This document shows, one piece after another, positions 57,887 to 64,000 of a stretch of 64,000 nucleotides of DNA (positions are counted from its first letter, which is position 1; each line of letters begins with the position of its first letter). Location of the stretch: contig JBDHHQ010000017.1 of the NCBI GenBank assembly GCA_039589315.1, forward strand, positions 1-64,000. The letters are read 5' to 3'. The position numbers were made by a program, and so were the translations under genes. Source of the DNA: Gemmatimonadota bacterium (GTDB taxonomy: Bacteria; Gemmatimonadota; Gemmatimonadetes; Longimicrobiales; Gaopeijiaceae). Under the pieces are notes generated by a model, which was given only the letters and a program-made list of their open reading frames with translations, had not been told where the DNA came from and searched no databases.

Positions 57887-58273
57887 ATGTTCCTGAGAAA
57901 GCGCGAGCGCCCGGTGGCCCCCATCGTCCATGCCGAAGACGGGGACTTCAACACGGCGGTTTGGGAACAGCCCGGCGTGACGGTCGTCGACTTCTGGGCG
58001 CCGTGGTGCGGTCCCTGCCGAATGATGGAGCCGATCCTCGAGGAGGTGGCGATCGAGCGGGCGGAGGACGGCGTGCGGATCGTGAAGGTGAACGTCGACA
58101 GGGCGCCTCAGGTCTCGGCCCTCTACGGCATCCGGTCGATCCCGACGCTCATGTTCTTCCGCGATGGAGAAGCCCAGTTCGAGATGGTGGGCCTGGTGCC
58201 CAAGCCAGTGCTCGAGCGGGAGATCGGCGAGCTGCTGTCCTCCGCCGCGAAGCCGCCGGAGGCGGGCGACTAG
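57887..58273 (+). CDS. trxA: Thioredoxin
   Basis: VDFWAPWCGPC, KVNVD, YGIRSIPTL. Confidence 0.93.
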   Translation: MFLRKRERPVAPIVHAEDGDFNTAVWEQPGVTVVDFWAPWCGPCRMMEPILEEVAIERAEDGVRIVKVNVDRAPQVSALYGIRSIPTLMFFRDGEAQFEMVGLVPKPVLEREIGELLSSAAKPPEAGD

Positions 58274-58638
58274 CCGAACGGCTTGGCGTGGGCCACCAGG
58301 CCAGCCAGGGCCGCGAGAAGCGGTATCAGCACCAGGCTCCGGACGGACCAGACCGCGGACCGTCCGGCCGCCAGGACCAGCGCTCCGAGGGTGGTCCAGA
58401 TCGCGAGCTTCACCCACACCCAGCCCGGGAAGATCGCGCCGTGGTCGACGCCCAATCGGGCCAGCATCCCGAATCCGCCCAGCAAGACCAGGAAGAGGGC
58501 ACCACCGTGTAGCCGGGCAAGCCGCCTTTTCCATGGGTCCTCGGCCGCCAGAGGCGTACGCGCCAGGGCCACCGACAGCACGACGACCAGGCCGAAGATC
58601 CCGAGGAAGTGGACGGCGCGGTAGAACAGGTAGGGCAT
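58270..58638 (-). CDS. Small 4-TM hypothetical membrane protein
   Basis: Y..VH..G, HG..L.LVL.GGFGMLARL, PGW..VKL.IW. Confidence 0.75.
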   Translation of the reverse strand: MPYLFYRAVHFLGIFGLVVVLSVALARTPLAAEDPWKRRLARLHGGALFLVLLGGFGMLARLGVDHGAIFPGWVWVKLAIWTTLGALVLAAGRSAVWSVRSLVLIPLLAALAGLVAHAKPFG

Positions 58639-58641
58639 GGC

Positions 58642-59676
58642 TCAGCCTCCGGTCTCGCTTCGCACGACCGGAGCGACCTCGGTCCCCAGCAGCTCGATGG
58701 CCCGCATGACCTTGTCATGGGGCATGGGTCCCACCGTGAGCTGAATCAGGAAGCGCTGGTGGTGGAACAGCTGGTGCTGGAAGAGGATCTTGTCGATGAC
58801 CTCCTGCGGGCTACCGACGAACAGCGCTCCCCTAGGCGCGCTCTCGGCGTCGAACTGTCGACGAGTGGCGGGAGGCCAGCCGCGTTCGCGCCCGATGCGG
58901 GTCATGGTCTCGGCGAACGGTGGATACGCGATGTCTGCGGCCTCCTCGGCATCGTCCGCGATGAAGCCGTGTGAGTTGATACTCACCGGCAGCTCGGCCG
59001 GATCGTGCCCAGCCCGGGCCGCCGCCTCTCGATAGAGATCTACCATGGGCTTGAAGCGCTCGGGCGCGCCGCCAATGATGGCCAGGGCCATGGGCAGCCC
59101 GAGGGTCGCGGCCCGCACGACCGACCTGGGCGTACCGCCGACCGCGATCCACACGGGGATGCGGGCTTGCAGGGGCCGAGGGTAGACGGCACGGTCGTCG
59201 ATGGATGGACGGTGATGGCCGGACCAGGTGACGCGCTCCGACTCTCGTAGCTCCAGAAGCAGGTCCAGCTTCTCCGCGAACAGCTCCTCGTAGTCCGAGA
59301 GATCCTGGCCGAAGAGCGGAAAGGACTCGGTGAACGATCCCCGACCGGCCATGATCTCCGCTCGCCCGCCCGAGAGGAGGTCCAGGGTGGCGAAGTCCTG
59401 GAAGACACGCACTGGATCGTCCGAGCTCAGCACGGAAACGGCACTGGTCAGGCGGATGTTCTGCGTCCGAGCCGCAGCGGCGGCGAGCACGACGGCCGGT
59501 GTCGACACGGCGTAGTCCGGACGGTGATGCTCGCCGACCCCGAAGACGTCGAGGCCGACCTGATCCGCGAGCTCGATCTCCTCGAGGAGGTCACGTAGAC
59601 GCTCACGGGTGCCTATCTGCCGACCAGTGGCCGGGTCGAGAGGCGTCTCGGCGAAGGTGTAGATCCCAATCTCCAT
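58642..59676 (-). CDS. LLM class flavin-dependent oxidoreductase (luciferase-like)
   Basis: [54 protein letters not shown]. Confidence 0.93.
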   Translation of the reverse strand: MEIGIYTFAETPLDPATGRQIGTRERLRDLLEEIELADQVGLDVFGVGEHHRPDYAVSTPAVVLAAAAARTQNIRLTSAVSVLSSDDPVRVFQDFATLDLLSGGRAEIMAGRGSFTESFPLFGQDLSDYEELFAEKLDLLLELRESERVTWSGHHRPSIDDRAVYPRPLQARIPVWIAVGGTPRSVVRAATLGLPMALAIIGGAPERFKPMVDLYREAAARAGHDPAELPVSINSHGFIADDAEEAADIAYPPFAETMTRIGRERGWPPATRRQFDAESAPRGALFVGSPQEVIDKILFQHQLFHHQRFLIQLTVGPMPHDKVMRAIELLGTEVAPVVRSETGG

Positions 59677-59723
59677 GGCGGTCGCTACACGCGGCGGCCG
59701 CACCCCTCGCGCCTCTCGACCGG

Positions 59724-60887
59724 CTACCGGTCGCCGACGGGCTCCAGTCGGACTACCGCCGTCGGCTCTGCCTCCCGGTGGTCGATGGCGAGGTAGATGT
59801 ACCCGTCCGGCCCCTGCCGGATATCCCGGATGCGGCCCAGCCCCCGAACCAGGGTCTCCTCCGCCACCACCTCCTGCCCGTCCAGCGTGAGGCGCGCGAG
59901 CTGCTGCCCGGCCAAGCCCCCTACGAACATGCTCCCACGCCAATCGGCAAAGACGGAGCCGGTGTAGATCATCAGCCCTGAAGTGGCGATGGACGGAACC
60001 CAGAAGTGGACCGGCGGCTCCATGCCCTCCCGGTGGGTTCCCTCATGGATGGCCAGACCGGTGCGGTAGTTCACGCCGTAGCCGACCACCGGCCAGCCGT
60101 AGTTCATCCCGGGCTGGATGAGGTTGAGCTCGTCGCCGCCCTGGGGCCCATGCTCGTTGAGCCAGAGATCGCCGGTCTCCGGATGAATCGCCAACCCCTG
60201 AGCATTGCGGTGCCCGTAGCTCCAGATCTCTGGAAGGACGCCGTCCTGACCGACGAACGGGTTGTCATCGGGCACCCGGCCATCGTCGTGAAGCCGAAGG
60301 GTGACACCGTGGTGGTTGGAGAGATCCTGGGCCGGATGGGCTTCCACGTCTCCGCTCGGCGGGGCCTGTCGATCTCCGACCGTGACGAAGAGATACCCGT
60401 TGCCGTCAAAAGCCAGGCGCGAGCCGTAATGCCCGCGCCCTTCGGTCTGGGCTTCGAAGATCTCCTCCACGTCCGTGAGCTCGTCGTTCTCGAAGCGACC
60501 TCGGATCACGGCCGTCGTGCCCCGCTCCCGGTCAGCCTTCGGCTTGGAGTAGCTGAGATACAGCAGGCGGTTCAAGGCGAAGTCGGGGTGGGGCATCACG
60601 TCGAGGAGCCCGCCCTGGCCCTCGGCGACGACCTCCGGGATGCCCGCCACGGGATCGGGGACGAGCATACCACCGCGAACGATGCGGAGCCGCCCTGGCC
60701 GCTCCGTCACCAGCATGTCGCCGCCCGGCAGAAACGCGATCGACCAGGGGCGCACGAGGCCGTCAGCCACTGTGACCACGCGGTAGTCGTGATAGGCGGA
60801 ACGGTAGACGTGCTCCTGGCCGGCGGCCGGGGTCGCCATGGACACGAGGAGCCCAGCGGCGGCGAATGCCGAGAGAGTCCGGGCCAT
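59724..60887 (-). CDS. PQQ-dependent sugar (glucose/sorbosone) dehydrogenase, YliI-like
   Basis: [58 protein letters not shown]. Confidence 0.92.
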   Translation of the reverse strand: MARTLSAFAAAGLLVSMATPAAGQEHVYRSAYHDYRVVTVADGLVRPWSIAFLPGGDMLVTERPGRLRIVRGGMLVPDPVAGIPEVVAEGQGGLLDVMPHPDFALNRLLYLSYSKPKADRERGTTAVIRGRFENDELTDVEEIFEAQTEGRGHYGSRLAFDGNGYLFVTVGDRQAPPSGDVEAHPAQDLSNHHGVTLRLHDDGRVPDDNPFVGQDGVLPEIWSYGHRNAQGLAIHPETGDLWLNEHGPQGGDELNLIQPGMNYGWPVVGYGVNYRTGLAIHEGTHREGMEPPVHFWVPSIATSGLMIYTGSVFADWRGSMFVGGLAGQQLARLTLDGQEVVAEETLVRGLGRIRDIRQGPDGYIYLAIDHREAEPTAVVRLEPVGDR

Positions 60888-61175
60888 CTTGAATCTCCTC
60901 CGAGCGGTATGAATGCGCCGGGCATGACCCGGTCGCGGGGACACGAAAGAGAAGCAGCGAGCGCCCCGCGGTCAATCGCCGCCGGACGCCCAGAGGTAGG
61001 GACACCCCAACGCCTGGGGAGCCGGCGTGGCGCCCTACGGTCTTTTCCGCCTTCTCCTGACAGACAACGCGCGCGACTCTCGCCAGACTAGGGTCGCAGG
61101 TGTGCGCGCAGGGCAGCGTGCCCGCCAGGTAACGCTGTCGCCGCACTTCCTTCGCATCGGCAGATGGAGGGCGCG

Positions 61176-61796
61176 ATGAAGACCGTGTTCGTCAGGTCGG
61201 AACGGTGCATCGGTTGCCGCCAGTGCGAGTTCGCCTGCGCGGTCGAGCACTCCCGAAGTCGGGATCCGGTCCTGGCTCTTCTCGAAGACCCACCACCCCG
61301 GCCTCGCATCCACGTCGAGGCAGGGCCCTGGTACAACGCCTCCTTCCCCAACAAATGCCGGCACTGCAATCCGGCGCCGTGCCAGCACGTCTGCCCGACG
61401 GCTGCCGTATTCAGGGACGACACCGGCGACTTCGTGCTCATCGAGCCCGGCAAGTGCATCGCGTGCGCCATGTGCGGGATGGTCTGTCCCTTCGATGCGA
61501 TCACCTACCATCCCTACGGCAACGGGATGCCCGTTCGCGTGGTCGCGACCAAGTGTGACGGCTGCGTGCGTCGGATCCGCCAGGGCGACGTGCCAGCCTG
61601 CGTCGAGGCCTGCAAGGTCGACGCGCTGATTTTCGGAGAGTTGAACGAGCTGGTTCGGGAAGGGCGAATCGCCGAGACGCAGGCGCTGCTCACCGCGGCC
61701 TCGACCGAGCCAGTGGCCTCAACCGTTCCGCCTACCGTCGTGGGCTGGCGGGCCTGGGGGCAGCAAGCCACCGAAGTGGCAGGGGGTGCATCATGA
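61176..61796 (+). CDS. cooF: CooF-like 4Fe-4S electron-transfer protein
   Basis: Four Cys clusters CIGCRQCEFAC, CRHC..APC..VCP, CIACAMCGMVCP, KCDGC...PACVEAC; ATGA-coupled to cooS. Confidence 0.85.
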   Translation: MKTVFVRSERCIGCRQCEFACAVEHSRSRDPVLALLEDPPPRPRIHVEAGPWYNASFPNKCRHCNPAPCQHVCPTAAVFRDDTGDFVLIEPGKCIACAMCGMVCPFDAITYHPYGNGMPVRVVATKCDGCVRRIRQGDVPACVEACKVDALIFGELNELVREGRIAETQALLTAASTEPVASTVPPTVVGWRAWGQQATEVAGGAS

Positions 61797-63675
61797 GCGC
61801 GACCGCGACGGAGGATCTCACCCGCCTCAGCATCAACGACGATGCGCGTGCGATGCTGCTGCGCGCCCGGGCCGAGGGCATTGAGACCGTTTGGGACCGG
61901 CTCGCGGCGCAGCAGCCACAATGTGGCTATTGCACGTTGGGCCTGAGCTGTCGGAACTGCGCCATGGGCCCCTGCCGCATCGACCCCTTCGGCGACGGTC
62001 CCCAAAAGGGCGTGTGCGGGGCAGACGCCGACGTCATCGTCGCACGAAACTTGGGACGGACCATCGCCGCCGGGGCTGCCTCGCATTCCGACCACGGCCG
62101 GGACGTTTTGGAGGTGTTCTTTCAGACGGCCCTGGGCGAGACCACGGGCTACGAGTTCCGCGACGAAGAGAAGCTGATGGCGCTGGCGGCCGAGCTCGGC
62201 GTCGACACGAACGGTCGGCCGGTGGCGGACGTGGCGCAGGGTCTCGCGGATGCCCTGATGGAGGACTTCGGCACCCGTAAGGCAGGTCTCGGCTTCCTGG
62301 CCCGGGTTCCCGAGCCGCGGGCCGACCTGTGGTCCAAGCTGGGCGTCACCCCCCGGGGCATCGATCGGGAAAACGTCGAGATGCTCCACCGCACCCACAT
62401 GGGCGTGGACAACGACTACGTGAACATCCTGCTCCATGCCCTCAGGACCGGCCTCTCGGACGGGTGGGGTGGATCCATGATCGCCACCGAGCTGTCCGAC
62501 GTGATGTTCGGGACGCCCCAGCCCGTGATGTCTCAGGTCAACCTCGGCGTGCTCAAGGAGGACCACGTCAACATCGCGCTGCACGGGCACAATCCTCTGC
62601 TCTCCGACGTGGTCGTCCAGGCGTCGAACGATCCCGAGCTCGTGGCCCTGGCAAAGGAGAAGGGCGCCCTTGGGATCAACCTCGTGGGCCTGTGCTGCAC
62701 GGGGAACGAGCTCCAGATGCGCAAGGGGATCCCCATGGCGGGGAATCACCTGATCCAGGAGCTGGTCATCATGACGGGCGCCTTGGAAGCCATGGTCGTG
62801 GACTATCAGTGCATCATGCCGGCGGTGACCGACATCGCCAACTGCTTCCATACGCAGGTGATCTCCACGGCCGACAAGGCCAAGTTCCCCGGCGCGACCC
62901 ACATCTCGTTCGATCCCCATCGGGGCCTGGAGATCGCCAAGGAGATCGTGGGGCTGGGAATCGAAGCGTTCGGGAGCCGGAACCCGGATCGGGTCCGCAT
63001 CCCGGGTGAGCCGGTGCCGATGATGGCGGGCTTCTCTGTGGAGGCGATCCTGAGCGCCCTGGGTGGCACTCCCGAGCCCCTCGTCCAGGCCATCAAGGAC
63101 GGGTCGATACGCGGAGCGGTCGCCGTGGTCGGCTGCAACAACCCCAAGATCCCTCAGGATCACGGGCACGTGACCCTCACCCGACGGCTGATCGAGAACG
63201 ACATCCTGGTGCTGGTCACCGGCTGCTCGGCCGTGGCAAACGGCAAAGCCGGCCAAAGGCTCTGGGCCTTCCGCCGGTGCTGCACATGGGCTCGTGCGTG
63301 GACAACACGCGCATCCTGGTGCTGGCGGCGGCGCTGGCCAAGCACCTGGGCGTCGATATCAGTGACTTGCCGCTCGCCGGCGCCGCGCCGGAGTGGTACT
63401 CGGAGAAAGCGGTTGCCATCGGTGCCTACGTCGTCGCCAGCGGCATCTACACGGTGCTGGGCGTGCAGCCGCCGATCTTCGGCAGCCAGAACGTGGTTCA
63501 ACTGTTGGCGGAAGGCCTGGACGATGTCGTGGGTGCCAAGTTCGCGGTCGAGGCCGACCCCGAGCAGGCCGCGATCCTGATCCGCCGCCACATCGAGAGC
63601 AAGCGGAAGGCGCTCGGCCTGCCCCACCTGGAGCCCGAGAGCGTCCAACTCGAAGAGCCTGTGGTCGGGGTCTGA
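61793..63675 (+). pseudogene. cooS: Anaerobic Ni-Fe carbon monoxide dehydrogenase catalytic subunit, interrupted near 63254
   Basis: QPQCGYC..GLSCRNCAMGPC, GVCGA, HSDHG, HGHNP, LCCTGNE, VDYQCIMP, VGCNNPK, TGCSA; then in another frame KALGLPPVLHMGSCVDN, SEKAVAIG. Confidence 0.9.
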
Positions 63676-63733
63676 GGAACGGGACCGTGCGGCACGGTGC
63701 CGGAGCGCAGCCCTCGGGAAAGGGAGGCGGAGG

Positions 63734-64000
63734 GTGAACGAGGACCAGAAGGCGTACCGACGCCGAGTTCTGGACACGGCGAAGACCGTGCGGGACAGCT
63801 CGTCCCTCGAGTCGGGCCCGGAGCACGAGTTCCGCGTGGTCGTCACTGGCAAGGGCGGTGTGGGCAAGACGAGCCTGACGGCGATCCTCTCCCGCCTCCT
63901 CGCTCGGGACGGGTACACCGTCCTGGCGCTGGATGCCGACCCTCAGATGAACCTGCCGTACGCCCTGGGTCTTCCGCCGTCGGAGGCCGGGGCCATCGTT
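63734..64000 (+). CDS. cooC: CODH nickel-insertion ATPase, truncated by the window edge
   Basis: GGAGG-GTG; translation gives FRVVVTGKGGVGKTSL...VLALDADPQMNLPYALG. Confidence 0.85.
   Translation, partial: MNEDQKAYRRRVLDTAKTVRDSSSLESGPEHEFRVVVTGKGGVGKTSLTAILSRLLARDGYTVLALDADPQMNLPYALGLPPSEAGAIV

Noticed and set aside
60888..61175. CooA/FNR binding site upstream of cooF
   Set aside because: Only a lone TGACA half-site is visible, with no TGTCA-N6-TGACA or TTGAT-N4-ATCAA dyad.
61514..63256. 580-aa minus-strand ORF
   Set aside because: It is the antisense shadow of cooF-cooS, common in GC-rich DNA, and has no recognisable motifs.
63250..63280. Programmed frameshift or selenocysteine recoding in cooS
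   Set aside because: There is no in-frame TGA at the junction and no slippery heptamer; conserved residues are physically missing, which recoding could not restore.

Overview
This is a GC-rich, gene-dense bacterial chromosomal window. The gene families present suggest a Gemmatimonadota-like organism, which is an inference: ADOP duplicated permeases with PadR, three N-terminally membrane-anchored TolB-like/TPR paralogs, DUF2911 and DivIVA. It holds about 52 coding regions. In order they are: a spmA-spmB-mpl / ggt / ldcA peptidoglycan-recycling-like cluster; a block of small regulators (ArsR-like, two MarR, PadR, MocR) with SRPBCC proteins and two orphan ABC permeases; an 11.6 kb uncharacterised peptide-type ABC transporter and catabolic operon; secreted hydrolases; a large SPOR protein; an unknown two-gene module; tesB, divIVA, msrB and trxA; and an anaerobic Ni-CO dehydrogenase cluster (cooF-cooS-cooC) at the right edge. 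The most interesting unexplained signals are: (i) a roughly 190-nt densely structured non-coding segment with a possible kissing loop upstream of a basic-N-terminus DUF4287/SRPBCC-like gene (15489-16409); (ii) a CooS with a CX2C-type D-cluster, interrupted by a deletion and frameshift; (iii) a 2TM+GAF-like and DUF2283-like gene pair; and (iv) a secreted Gly/Tyr-rich protein with about 25 SSRSRPQA repeats. Three genes are frameshifted, which may reflect assembly errors. I recognised no tRNA, rRNA, CRISPR array or transposase. All family calls come from motif recognition by eye, not from database searches.
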